Positions 25,860 to 38,748 of a DNA stretch of 64,000 nucleotides are shown here, one piece after another (positions within the stretch are counted from its first letter, which is position 1; each line of letters opens with the position of its first letter). This DNA is from Macrostomum lignano (Eukaryota): positions 45,261 through 109,260 of the forward strand of contig NIVC01003245.1 of NCBI GenBank assembly GCA_002269645.1, read 5' to 3'. The translations under genes and the position numbers were made by a program. The notes beneath the pieces are model-generated. The model was not told where the DNA came from. It saw only the letters and a program-made list of their open reading frames with translations, and searched no databases.

Positions 25860-26745
25860 CAAGTGAGAATAGACATGGAAGTAGAGAGACTGGAGAGTCA
25901 AGGGAGAGTAAACATTGGAGTAGATAGAAGTTAGAGAGACAAGTGAAAATAGGGATGGGAGTAGTGAGAGATTAGAGAGACTAGTGAGAATAGACATGGG
26001 AGTAGAAAGACCGGAGAGTCAAGTGAGAATAGACATGGGAGTAGAAAGACCGGAGAGTCAAGTGAGAATAGACATGGGAGTAGAGAAAAATTAGAGAGAC
26101 AAGCGAGAATAGACATTGGAGTAGTGAGAGATTAGAGAGACTAGTGAGAATAGACATGGGAGTAGAGAGATTACAGAGTCAAGTGAGAATAGACATGGGA
26201 GTAGAGAAAAATTAGAGAGACAAGCGAGAATAGACATCGGAGTAGTGAGAGATTAGAGAGACTAGTGAGAATAGACATGGGAGTAGAGAGATTACAGAGA
26301 CTAGTGAGAATAGACATGGGAGTAGAGAGATTACAGAGACTAGTGAGAATAGACATTGGAGTAGTGAAAGATTAGAGAGACTATGGAGAATAGACATGGG
26401 AGTAGAGAGATTACAGAGACTAGTGAGAATAGACATCGGAGTAGTGAGAGATTAGAGAGACTAGTGAAAATAAACATGGGAGTAGTGAGAGATTAGAGAG
26501 ACTAGTGAGAATAGACATGGGAGTAGAGAGAGATTAGAGAGACTAGTGAGAATAGACATGGGAGTAGAGAGATTACAGAGACTAGTGAGAATAGACATAG
26601 GAGTAGAGAGATTAGAGAGACTAGTGAGAATAGACATGGGAGTAGAGAGATTAGAGAGACTAGTGAGAATAGACATGGGAGTAGAGAGATTACAGAGACT
26701 AGTGAGAATAGACATCGGAGTAGTGAGAGATGAGAGAGACTGGTG
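25860..26745. repeat. 39-bp purine-rich minisatellite
   Basis: Unit GAGACTAGTGAGAATAGACATGGGAGTAGAGAGATTAGA. Confidence 0.93.
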
Positions 26746-29700
26746 AGAATGAGATAGTTTTGATAAGAATGAGAGGTAAGGCAGAAGGTTCGACCCCTAC
26801 AGTTAGAGGCTGCATAATTACTGCTCGCGAGTTGTCGTACAGAAGCCCCAAGAAAACTAATTAAGCACTCATAACAAACTATTTATTGACATTGTCAAGC
26901 ATTAGCCGACTAAATAAACTGAAAATTACCGATGGATTTATCGGGCTTAATGCTTGGGTAATAAAAGGTAATTGTATGCGAGCGGGTGGGAATTGCAGTG
27001 CAGTATTGCCGTCAGTTCCATGCAATAAAAGCTCTCACCCACTGCCACTCACAGTTCGTTTCCTTCACAAGATCAAGTCTGGCATCTAAGAGGAGTTCAC
27101 CATGCAATTGTCAGTGCCTGCTCTGGCGATCTCTGTGACGGAAGCAGCAGAGCAGAGCAAGGCTAAGTCTGTGTTTTTTGAGTGGCAGTTTCTCTGCTCT
27201 CCCACTGTTTCAATATGCGTCATAGTCAGTAAATCAATATCGCTGCCCAGCCTGGCAACGCAGACTTTGCCTGCCCCCTGGCACACCGGATGGCGGTGAG
27301 AAGAAGAAGAAGAGGATATTGCAGACTTTGCGCAATGGGTGGGTTTGAAGCTGACGAAACTCGCTTTTCACCAGGCTTATAGAAGATTTATTCCACTCCA
27401 AAATATTGTCCTGCTCTGTCCGAAGGCGTAAGCTGTACGAGTTGCTATAGGCGTGGAGCTCAAATACAAATCACCTTTAATTTAAGCGTTTTCCGCCGCT
27501 GAAAGACTCATGCCTTTGACTGAGTCTTGATTTGGCTTTGGCTGCTGAAAGCATTCTGGACATGCAACCCGAAAACTCCGTTGAAAACTCGAATTTTCCA
27601 TGCAGAAACAGCAAAGCTTTCTGCGTGAATTAGCAATTGCCCATCTCTTCCTGCCACTCTGGACCAGAGCACCATTCGCTCCCTCATCATTCTGTCCCGC
27701 GCTGGCTTATATTTTATCTGGGGCACAAATCCGCTCCCTCTTCGCTTTTTCCTCGGGTGCTTTTCCTGCCTGTTTATCAGCTGGCCTGCCAGTTCGCGTT
27801 AATACAGGCAGACTATCATTCAGTTAGGCAAAGGGACTTGGACTAACGAGTGCTCAGCGCGGGGATGCAGAGGCTTACTGTGAGTAAGAACTCGGTACAA
27901 AGCTTAAGAACAGAGCCAAAATCCTTTGAATAAACCACCGGGTTCTAATATCCGACTGGGACTTTAAGGAAAAGACGAAAATTGGGATATTTTTTACAGA
28001 AATGTAACGTCAAATTCAAAGGCTCTTCTTTGACCGAGAGCCGTTAATTTTTACAAGAATTAGCAACATTTAATAGATAGTTGATGCTGCATGGAGGCTG
28101 CTATATAAAAATGGCATACACTCCGATAAATCCCAATGTAGGTTAAGAAATTGAAATCAGTAGTATAGCCAAATGTTGAATAATATTAAATTCACGGAAA
28201 TTGAAGGGAAATTAAAGCAAATAAATTTTGCTTTCAGAATTACTCATTAGAGCCGGACGAGATGCTGGAAATTCCAACTAAGAATTCGGACAATGAGAGG
28301 AGAAAAGGAAGAAAGAAGAAGGAAAAGAGAGCTGGAGCACTATCCATCAGTGAGCACTCGAACCAGTCGCTGTGTTCCGGGGAAGCCTGTCGCGTTTAGG
28401 AGGACGTGGACTAAAATTCAGGCCAAAATGGGAGGGAAAGCTACGGGAAAAAGGGGCCGCTTCGAGATGCGGGATGAAAAAATGCCGGCCCGCGGTAGTC
28501 TGAGCGGGAAGGCAAAATGACAGGAAATTCGGCCGGGTGTGTGGGTGGATGGAAACAAGCTATTATCGGGGACGAAAGGAATGGGGATGCCTGAGTAGAT
28601 GTGCCTAACTTCGCACCTAGCTAGTATATGAGAGCTCAATAGAGATATGTATTTTTACTTAATTAACAAGTTCTATACAAAAGGCCTTGTAACCGGGTCA
28701 TGAGATCCTATATTTATCCGAGAGCTGTTTTAAAAGGAAAATCAATAAAAAACAAAAGGCCTAAAAACAACCAAAGTGCAGGTTGAACTCCAAAAGGCTC
28801 AACAAAACAGTAAACAAGCCCAATATTACAAATTTCGGAAGTCACATTCGTGTCTATAACGAATATTATGATGTTTATTGTTGGTGAACATTCGCATAAA
28901 TAATACCACCGGCTGGCAGCTGATGGATTTCCCGACTAAGGCTTATAGCATGTAATAAAAACAGTAATCTTCAGGGTCTATAGTAGGGCCTATAAGTGAA
29001 AAACGCTGCCTGCGCAATAACCAAAAAATCCGCTTTAATATATGCAAGACCATGCCCAATAAAATGCAACCCAATAGCTGATCAACTGCGCGCAATGAGA
29101 CCTGCTTTGACGTCACACTCGCCTGCAATATTTAGTGAGCAAGCGGCCCGGGCGTCTCTCACTGTCTGGCTCTCTGTCTTTCTCGCTCTGCCCTACCTAA
29201 CTACCCCACCATTGCATTTCCATTTCATTCCGGGGGATTATTAGAATGGGAATCGGCTTGCGGGGTTGAAGGGGAGAACAGTAGGAGGAGTCCGGCGGTC
29301 GCATAGCAAAATCCCTGTCTTTGAAGGTCGCAGAGTTGCACGGGGGTTGGAGGGCTGAAAGGCCGAAAGGGTGAGGGGCGCTGGGGGAGAGTTGCTTATT
29401 CAACTTCTTAGCCTCTCTGTCTAAATCTGTCTAGTTTTGGTGGGAATTGGCACGGACTATTGGAACTAGAGGCACAGCCACTCGCTCTCAATTGGTTGCT
29501 GGGGCTGGCCCCCACCCCCACCTCCCCACCAACCTCATGGCTACCAGCGGACACTGAGCTCAACTCTCCTCCCTCTTCTCTACCACCCACCTCTCGCTCA
29601 CTCATTCTCTTCTCAGTCAAATTGTAGCTCTTTCCCTCAAAAAACCCAAGCCTCTCAGCAAAGCCGCTTGCCTTCCCCATCTAAATGTGCAGTTCCCGCC

Positions 29701-29838
29701 AAATCCTGGCCTGAATTCAGTTTTGATCGGTTGATTTTGCCTGTTCGTTGGAGCTTGCAACTTATACCTACCTCGCTTGAGAAGCAACCAGTTTCATGTA
29801 AGTAAAAGTTATGATGTAATTTTATGATCTGTGATCAC

Positions 29839-31062
29839 CCGTCACTGAGACCTACTCCTGAAACCAGTCACTGAGACCTACTTCTGAAGCCCGTCACTAA
29901 CACCTACTTCTGAAACCAGTCACTGAGACCTACTTCTGAAACCAGTCACTGAGGACCTACTTCTGAAACAAGTCACTGAGACCTACTTCTGAAACCCGTC
30001 ACTGAGACCTACTTCAGAAGCCAGTCACTGAGACCTACTTCTGAAACCAGTCACTGGGACCTACTTCTGAAACCAGTCACTGAGACCTACTTCTGAAACC
30101 CGTCACTGGGACCTACTTCTGAAACCAGTCACTGAGGACCTACTTCTGAAACAAGTCACTGAGACCTACTTCAGAAGCCAGTCTCTGAGACCTACTTCTG
30201 AAACCAGTCACTGAGACCTACTTCTGAAGCCAGTCAATGAGACCTACTTCTGAAACCAGTCACTGAGACCTATTTCTGAAGCAAGTCACAGAGACCTACT
30301 TCTGAAACCAGTCACTGGGACCTACTTCTGAAACCAGTCACTGAGACCTACTTCTGAAGCCAGTCACTGAGACCTACTTCTGAAACCAGTCACTGAGACC
30401 TACTTCTGAAGCCAGTCACTGAGACCTACTTCTGAAGCCAGTCACTGAGACCTACTTCTGAAGCCAGTCACTGAGACCTACTTCTGAAGCCAGTCACTGA
30501 GACCTACTTCTGAAGCAAGTCACTGAGACCTACTTCTGAAACCAGTCACTGGGACCTACTTCTGAAGCCAGTCACTGAGACCTACTTCTGAAGCCCGTCA
30601 CTGAGACCTACTTCTGAAACCAGTCACTGGGACCTACTTCTGAAACCAGTCACTGGGACCTACTTCTGAAACCAGTCACTGGGACCTACTTCTGAAACAC
30701 GTCACTGAGACCTACTTCTGAAACCAGTCACTGGGACCTACTTCTGAAACCAGTCACTGAGACCTACTTCTGAAACCAGTCACTGGGACCTACTTCTAAA
30801 ACACGTCACTGAGCCCTACTTCTGAAACCAGTCACTGAGACCTACTTCTGAAACAAGTCACTGAGACCTACTTCAGAAACCCGTCACTGAGACCTACTTC
30901 TGAAACCAGTCACTGAGACTTGCTTCTGAAACCAGTCACCGAGACTTGCTTCTGAAACCAGTCACTGAGACCTATTTCTGAAACAAGTCACTGAGGACCT
31001 ACTTCTGAAACCCGTCACTGGGACCTACTTCTGAAACCAGTCACTGACACCTACTTCTGAGA
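29839..31062. repeat. 26-bp minisatellite, ~47 copies
   Basis: Unit CCAGTCACTGAGACCTACTTCTGAAA. Confidence 0.96.
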
Positions 31063-32397
31063 CTTTTCTTGAACCTGTGTTTAAGACATGCTATTGAATA
31101 GCTTAAGCCTATTGATCTAGCTAATACTAGCTTTACTTCTAGTTTATACCAATCTAAATAGCCGCATTGCGAGTAATGCACAAAGCTTATCAGTCCAAAG
31201 AAATATTGACAGATCCAAATACTCGCAAAGATTGCGTTGATAAATACGGCAAATTGCCTATAGCAAATACAGAATTCAAGCGAACCCCCCCCCACCCTAT
31301 CCAACTTGAGCGAATTGACAAGACGTTGATATAAGCCTAAGAATTGAGTATTGCGTAGCTACACTGCCTAGGTCGGATATGTTTCGGCCAACGGCAGCAA
31401 ACTAAAGCAAATCTAACTAAACTTCTTTTATTCGCATCATCTTTTCTGGCACAATAGTTAGTTAAAGCATGCGGTTCAGTCCAGGCCACTCGGATCTATT
31501 GAGTTTGGCGCTTACGCGAGTTAAATGAGTAACACGCGTTAGAATAGCAGTGGCCCGAGAGTGTCGCTGTAAAGCTGCAAGGTGGGACCACATGCGCACA
31601 GAGGCCAGATAGATACATCTGAGAGAGTAGCTATACTAATTTTGCTTCATCTTGCTCATCTTTTGTTGCTAGCATCAGTTCCAGAAGAAAAAAAACCAAA
31701 CGCAGTAAGAAGAGTGACGCATTTTTTTTCTGAGCTCGCGCCATTGCTGCCACTTTTTTGCGCATTTTGCTCAACAGAATGAATCAAATTGAGTCTGTCT
31801 CTTATTAGAGAGCGAGAGACGGAATGATGATAGGAGAACAGAAACCTAACCGTTTCCGAGGCCCTCCGAGCCCCTCAGGGGACAAAAGGCAACAAAAAGC
31901 AATGTCGAAAAAACCACACTGGGAGAGAGTGCGTGAGCAGCTGACAGACTTGTGAAAAAATGCTGCATTTAAGCTGCAGATTGGCTGCAGTGCGGAGAGC
32001 AGTAGATGTAGAAAAATAGGATGGTAGGTCCTGATACCCAGCGCGTAGACCGTCTCATGGGAGGGCTTTGAGTTAGAAATGCAATTAGGCAAATCTTTGC
32101 AACCCGGAATCGGTTTCTTGTGACTAAGCCGACCCGTGGCTTGGCTGGTATGTTTAAAGCAATCTTTTGCCTTTTAATTTCGATGGAAATACGATTCAGA
32201 ATACGCTCGTATATTCCAGGGCTCAGTGGCTGCCGCTGAGGTCCCTGAGTTGAAACGGGAAACAGATCCGAGGGCCAAATTGAGGTGACGGCAGATTCCT
32301 AGAAATTAATGAGAATTCCTCCGCCTCAGCCAGGAATTTCAAGGCTCTCTATAGTGCAAACTGCTGATTTTTGCATGTAGGTATGAAGGACATGCAT

Positions 32398-32477
32398 GCA
32401 GACAGACAGACAGATAGACAGATAGACAGAGACAGAGATAGAGACAGACAGGCAGAAAGGCAGACAGGCAGGCAGGC

Positions 32478-32534
<57 letters not shown>

Positions 32535-32568
32535 GGCAGGCAGACAGACAGACAGACAGGCAGGCAGG

Positions 32569-32658
<90 letters not shown>

Positions 32659-32670
32659 GGCAGACAGACA
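32398..32670. repeat. (CAGA)n microsatellite with CAGG variants
   Basis: Direct tandem run. Confidence 0.97.
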
Positions 32671-32888
32671 GGCCCGGGAGGACATAAAATAACAACAGTG
32701 AAAAAAGCGGCACTCCATTTTGCCGATGCAATTCCTGATTAATTTTTGCATACTAATATAGAAAGCAGTACAACCCGGCCTCTTCAAGCAGCAGTCTGAA
32801 GCTGGAAGTGGTTCATTGTGATCATTTATTAGATGGATGATTCATAGTCCGTCTCCAATGTGTCTTCATCTGCTTTTTTGTCTTTTAG

Positions 32889-32962
<74 letters not shown>

Positions 32963-33132
32963 CTCTCTCTCTCTCTCAGTCTCTCTCAATCTTTCTCTCA
33001 GTCTCTCTCAGTCTTTCTTAAACTCTCTCAGTCTCTCTCAGTCTCTCTCAGTCTCTCTCAATTCCATTTCTCTTAGTCTCCCAATCCGTCTGTCTTTCAA
33101 TCTCGCTTTCTCTGTCTCTCAGTCTCGAATCT
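32889..33132. repeat. (CT)n / CTCTCTCAGT low-complexity tract
   Basis: Direct run. Confidence 0.9.
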
Positions 33133-33950
33133 CTCTTAATTGCCTTCAGTTTCCAAGTCAATACGACCTCGCCTTCTGACAGGCTCGCACGCAGTGTGAA
33201 GTGGCTCCCGAATCGGGGCCCGCTTAAGCACTATTTCTGCTAATCCGACTTGCAGAGCCTGATTAAATTGGATTATTCGAATCCCTATAGATCCAGCCAG
33301 GCTATGGTCGAGAGGAGGAGTGCGAGGGAGAAAGCGAGAGAGCAGGAGGCACCCCATCTCAAGAGGCAGTGCTGGGAGCTGGCTAGAAAAAGCTGGGAAA
33401 GTGCATAGTGCAAGTAAATAAGCAGAGACAGTTGCTATCCGGAGAGACAGGCAGGCAGAGGCGGGTCTAATGCGATTTTTAATCAGGAAAGCAGCTTCAT
33501 CAGACGCAGCAAGATACATGCCTTCACTAGGACTCGGGAATGTAAGAGCTGGAGGCCGAAGATAAAAGGCTGAAGGCCACTTTATTCTCAACTTCCACTG
33601 CGCTGTCAGATTTAATCTTTTTCTGACAGTCAACTGTACGCCGTTTAATGGTAGCCGGCTTATTTTCAATTGTAAAAAATGCACTTTTTGCGGTGTATTA
33701 GCGGGGAATCGAGTTAATAAGGATAGGGGGCTGCAGCGTCGAACTACTAAAGTCTTCATTTTTCACAATATTCAGCCAAGTTGTACGCTGCTAACTTTTA
33801 TCTCCACTAGTTAAGCAACAGCAAAACCTTCAAAACGTTCCAGCCGATTCGCAAAGTGACACGGGAGCTCCGCCTGCCCGGCCTCAGGGATATTTGGTGG
33901 TGGTGGAATGCTCCACCAGCTCATTAGTCAGTCAGCCTTCCAAACCAAAC

Positions 33951-35207
33951 ATGTCTTCTACTGCTAGACTCGACGATGGCTCGGCAGCGACAGAAACGAC
34001 GGTCGTACCGAATGGCGAACTCGTTGGGTCTTCCGCTCCGGCGTCGGCGCTAACGAACGGCGAACATTCGCCCAACACAGGCCGGCCGCTACTCGGCTGC
34101 TGCGGCCGCCCGGCGTGTCCGGACCCGGCCAAGATTCGAACCTCGGACGCCGACTCTTTGGCCGTGCTAGAGCGTGTTCGGCGATTCGGCGCCAACAACG
34201 TCAGCTTAGACGAACGGGAAGCGCTGAGGAAGACCACCTTCTCAAACTGGGAGCACTCGGAGTACCAGCTGTTCCTCTATTTGCGCCAGATGTACATCGA
34301 TCTGCGCTTTCCCGAACAGTTCAACTTTGACTTGGAGACTCTGGAAAACTTCCTCTACGATGTGTTCCGTCACTACAACCGAGTGCCGTTTCACAACTTC
34401 CATCACTGCTTCATGGTGGCGCAGATGTCCTACGCGCTCACCTGGATAAACAGCCTGTCGGAGATTTACTCCCCTCTGGAGCTGTTCTGCCTCCTCACCG
34501 CGGCCATCTGCCATGATCTGGACCATCCGGGTCTCTCCAATCACTACCAGCGCAAGGCAAAGACTGTCCTGGCGCTTCGCTACAGCGACGCGTCCCCGTT
34601 GGAGAATCACCATCTGGCTACGACATTCCGCATTCTCAGCAATCCCAGTTGCAACATCTTTCGCGGCCTGTCGCCCAGCGACTACCTGAAAGCCAGAGAA
34701 GCCGTTGTCCGCCTCATCCTGGCCACGGATATGAGCAGGCACCACGAAATTATCGAGGAATTTTCTGCTCTCAGCGGCCAGGTGGACTTTGGCAACGCCG
34801 GTCATCGTGAGCTGCTGCTCCGGCTGCTCATCAAAACCTCGGATGTCAGCAACGAGGCGCGGCCGTTCCCAACAGCTGACCGGTGGATCGACTGCCTGCT
34901 TGCCGAATTCTTCAACGAAGCCCGTCTAGAGCGCAGCATGGGCATTGAGCCGCTGCCCACCATGGACCCGGAAGTTGTACGGAAGCCGCAGAGCCAGTGC
35001 CACTTTATCAGCACAATCGCTCTGCCTCTGGCAACAATTTTAGCCGGAGTGTTCCCGCGCATTCGCGACTGTTACATCGGTCCGATTCAGAAACAGTTGG
35101 ACTTTTATTCCTCGGTGGTTCGAGCCGAGACGCGGGACAGCAAGACGGCTGCAGAGAAGCTGAACAATGGTGATGAGGAAGCGACAACTCAGGAGACGAC
35201 ACTTTAA
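33951..35207 (+). CDS. PDE9A: Class I 3',5'-cyclic nucleotide phosphodiesterase, PDE9-like, no intron within the ORF (418 aa from ATG 33951; frame also open from an AG at 33887)
   Basis: PFHNFHHCFMVAQ, HDLDHPG, SPLENHH, ILATDM, KTSDVSNEARP and Q-x-x-F (QCHF). LRKTTF..W..MYIDL and SNE.RP..A..W.DCLL.E are PDE9-family features. Confidence 0.9.
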   Translation: MSSTARLDDGSAATETTVVPNGELVGSSAPASALTNGEHSPNTGRPLLGCCGRPACPDPAKIRTSDADSLAVLERVRRFGANNVSLDEREALRKTTFSNWEHSEYQLFLYLRQMYIDLRFPEQFNFDLETLENFLYDVFRHYNRVPFHNFHHCFMVAQMSYALTWINSLSEIYSPLELFCLLTAAICHDLDHPGLSNHYQRKAKTVLALRYSDASPLENHHLATTFRILSNPSCNIFRGLSPSDYLKAREAVVRLILATDMSRHHEIIEEFSALSGQVDFGNAGHRELLLRLLIKTSDVSNEARPFPTADRWIDCLLAEFFNEARLERSMGIEPLPTMDPEVVRKPQSQCHFISTIALPLATILAGVFPRIRDCYIGPIQKQLDFYSSVVRAETRDSKTAAEKLNNGDEEATTQETTL

Positions 35208-36811
35208 AGTTGATTTCGAAATTGTTTGATCATAATTTGCAAACTAACGGCATCACTCACTTCCCGTTATTCTGTAAACATTCTAGAAGTCAAGGGGCAG
35301 CTAGAAAGTGGCGAAACTTTTATTTTCTTTCGAATAGATAATTAATACCAAGCTACACTAAAAGGAACGCATCTTCTTTGTCAAACTTTAGTCTAATATA
35401 CGATATAAGCATATTTTTAGTCAAAATAATGAAATATTTTCGCCGGTAAAATCAAGCTAGAGGACGTGACCTTTTATTAATTTAAAATTCTAACATCGAA
35501 CCGTCTCTGTATTTGCAAAACTGACTTAACCACTCTGCTGCTTTTCACTTTTTTTTTTTCTACTTGATCCCCACCCTTCGTTGTTTTATGCATACATGAG
35601 TAACAATTGCACATGAGCAATTTGCTGTGAAGAGTATGTTTGGCATAGCATATTAGCTTTATTGATTTTTTACTTGCTGAATTTTCCGTTAACGCGGTCG
35701 TTTCTGTTAATTTAAAAGTCAGCAGTTTTTTGTTTTACTTCAACAAGTAAATCGTTCTATACTCATAAATATTTTAGAGTACACGTAAGCTTTCAATTAT
35801 GTATTATGAACTTACCGAAACATTTCCTACCTGTCTTCATTCCCAGCACTCTGCATGCAGTTACTATGAGGTTGAGTTACATGTATTTGTAATCTTTTAA
35901 AGTTCTGCGGTTTGGAATTACGGATTGATAAAATATATTTTCATAAATTAAAAATTGTTCTGAGACATATTTTTGTTACAATAATAACTCGCTAATCATA
36001 CAAGTCGTAAAGTCTCAGATCACGTGCAACACGAGTGCGTGGACTTGTGGCTGTAAGAATACAATAAATTCAAATACTGTAGGACTCAAATGTCAAACTG
36101 GACATTTAAAGCAATCTAAAAAACCACAGCTACGAATATAGAGTATTTTATTTATATCAATAATTAAAATTTATAATAATGTATAAAAATGATTACAATT
36201 TTAGGCAGCAATAAATCAAAAAAGGAAACAATTGTCATAACATATTAAAGCATATAACAGCTTCTGCAAATTATGTATAGCAAATAAATTTTATTATACG
36301 AGTATAGCTTCCATCAGGGATATTAGTAGGACAACTAATATAGCAAATCCTTCGCTAAATCAATTACCATGAAAACTTCTGATCTCATTTCCTCCTACTC
36401 TTAGTAGGCAAATTCGGGGTTTTGCTTTTTTATTTATCCCGGGACTTGTTTTTGCCATTTTCTAAGCATGCTGTACTTTTTGTGTGTCTCTGGAATCGGC
36501 TATGACTTCAAGAGCCCCTTCTAATTGGAAACCCGATTTTAAGAGAGCTCATCATGACTTGGTGAAGCCAGTTCGCCTTGGTGGAGGCGGATTAGCTGAT
36601 TTCGTACCTTTTCATATTCTTCCTGGCTAATTAGGACAGTTTGTTGATGTTAACATGTTTGCTGCCTTGTTGGGGCTTATAATAACTGAGACAGAGAGAA
36701 TTTTAGTGTGCAGCTAAACTCTCATTATTGCCTTGTCTATATTTTATGACTTGAATGGGGTTGGCAACACCCACCCCCACTCCGCAGCCAATCAGACGGG
36801 TGTATGCACCA

Positions 36812-37389
36812 CAGAGGCGTCGCCATGGATTTTATGGTGGGGGGACAAAGCCAAGAATTCAGGCACTCATTTTGGCGCCACAGGCACTCCTTTTAGCGCC
36901 GCAGGCACTCATTTTAGCGCCGCAGGCACTCATTTTAGCGCCGCAGGCACTCATTTTAGCGCCGCAGGCACTCATTTTAGCGCCGCAGGCACTCATTTTA
37001 GCGCCGCAGGCACTCATTTTAGCGCCGCAGGCACTCATTTTAGCGCCGCAGGCACTCATTTTAGCGCCGCAGGACCTCTTTTTAGCGCCGCAGGCTCTCA
37101 TTTTAGCGCCGCAGGCACTCATTTTAGCGCCGCAGGCACTCATTTTAGCGCCGCAGGCTCTCATTTTAGCGCTGCAGGCACTCATTTTAGCGCCGCAGGC
37201 ACTCATTTTAGCGCCGCAGGCACTCATTTTAGCGCCAAATGCGCTATATTTTGGCGCCTTGAAGAAAAATTATTGGTTACCACAACGAGTCACAAGGTGG
37301 GTTGGGGGGACAAAGCATTGGCATGTTTCCCCCATAGTTTTTACTGGAGGGGATATGTCCCCCCTGTCCCCCCGGTGGCGACGCGCCTG
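36812..37389. mobile_element. hAT-type MITE with 8-bp TSD and internal 21-bp tandem array
   Basis: Ends CAGAGGCGTCGCCA / TGGCGACGCGCCTG with inner GGGGGAC/GTCCCCC motifs. TSD ATGCACCA at 36804-36811 and 37390-37397. Internal (AGCGCCGCAGGCACTCATTTT)n at ~36865-37235. Confidence 0.85.
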
Positions 37390-37584
37390 ATGCACCAGGT
37401 GTATGCACCAGGTGTATGCACACTACATGTATATCTCTTCCCCCGTCGAAAAATATCAATTTGAAAAACTAAGCTTCAGAAATCTTCGGAAAAACGATTA
37501 ATATTACTGTATTAATTTACTGAGAAAAGATAGCACTCGCAACTGAGAAATCGCAAAAGTCGTTGTTGAAAAATGCATGCAGTC

Positions 37585-37809
37585 TCAGTTAATCTCAGTC
37601 AGCCAGTTCACAACATCCCGACGCAACAGCATCATCAGTGAGTCGCTGACCATCCGCTGGACTGTCCCCAGGCACCGCTTGACCTTGAATGGCGTTTGCG
37701 TCTTGAGAATATTGCTGGCACCTATTTTAGCTGTCGCAGCTCCGAATGGCCGACCTAAATCTCGTGCCACCATGGTCAGCTCCTTGAGTACCTGTCCACG
37801 CACACTAAC
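37585..37809 (-). CDS. Candidate terminal coding exon of an unidentified gene
   Basis: TATACAG acceptor at 37810, then a 74-codon open frame (VSVRGQVLKELTMVARDLGRPF...LLRRDVVNWLTEIN*) with coding-like composition. No family recognised. Confidence 0.3.
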   Translation of the reverse strand, partial: VSVRGQVLKELTMVARDLGRPFGAATAKIGASNILKTQTPFKVKRCLGTVQRMVSDSLMMLLRRDVVNWLTEIN

Positions 37810-37879
37810 CTGTATATAATCCTTGACTTAATATACTGATCTGTTGGAGGGGTCGGCAAAATTTTTACCTCAAGAGCCA

Positions 37880-38098
37880 GATGAGAGGAAAGGAGAGGGA
37901 ATAGAAAGTGAGAAATGAGAGAGAAGAGATAAGAAAGAAGACAAGAGGAGTTAAATTAAAGAGGGGAGAGAGAAGAAAAGGTAGAGAGGGAGGAGAGGAG
38001 AGAAAGGAAGAGAAGAAGGGAAGAGGGGAGAGAGGAGAGAGGGAAGAAATGAGAGAGCTAAGGAAAGAGAAGAGAGGGGAGAGAGAAGAGAGAAGAGA
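37880..38098. repeat. Purine-rich (GA) low-complexity tract
   Basis: Almost only A/G on the plus strand. Confidence 0.85.
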
Positions 38099-38748
38099 CA
38101 CAAACCTTGCTATTGTGAAGTTTCAAAAGACGCGAGGGCCGAATAGAGAGGCTTTGCGGGCCGCGCCGCATGTGGAGTTTGCCGGCCTCTGGGGATGTTT
38201 AATTTCGCAATTAGTGTTTATAATTGTGCTGGAATTTTGGTAGAAATTTGCTCAGACAAAACAGCCTATTTGGCTAGTACAAGTCTATTTGTGTATTGGA
38301 GTATTAATAGCAAAACGAGTGTAGCCTGCACAATTGAATTAGTTCTATATAATAGCAGATAATGAAATAATATAAATAATGCATTTGAAAATGCGCGCGG
38401 ATTGAATTATGGTATCGAAGAACAAAAGATAGGCTAGCCTATATATAAAGCACAAAAAGAGTACAATTTTATTCGATATGAGTTATATAATAAATCACCA
38501 AGTGATGCATACGAGTATTATACAGTGTAATTTGTGTTTGCGGAAAAGTAAGCGAACGGAAGTATAGCTTTGTCGAGTTAGCTATTAGCACACCATTATA
38601 CGCGAATTTCTGCTGCACGGCACCATTTTTTTATTTTCTTTATTTTTCCATTACCCCTTTTTCAGTTCTTAACGCAACCTTTGACTGAAAAGTCCGCGGT
38701 TTCTCGACGATAAATACTACACAATTTTACCTTCAACAATTTCATTTC

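Noticed and set aside
33136-33759. 207-aa minus-strand ORF upstream of PDE9
   Set aside because: No recognisable motif or splice support, and it ends in a (CT)n tract.
36733-37464. 243-aa AAGTHFS-repeat ORF
   Set aside because: Read-through of the hAT MITE's internal 21-bp array.
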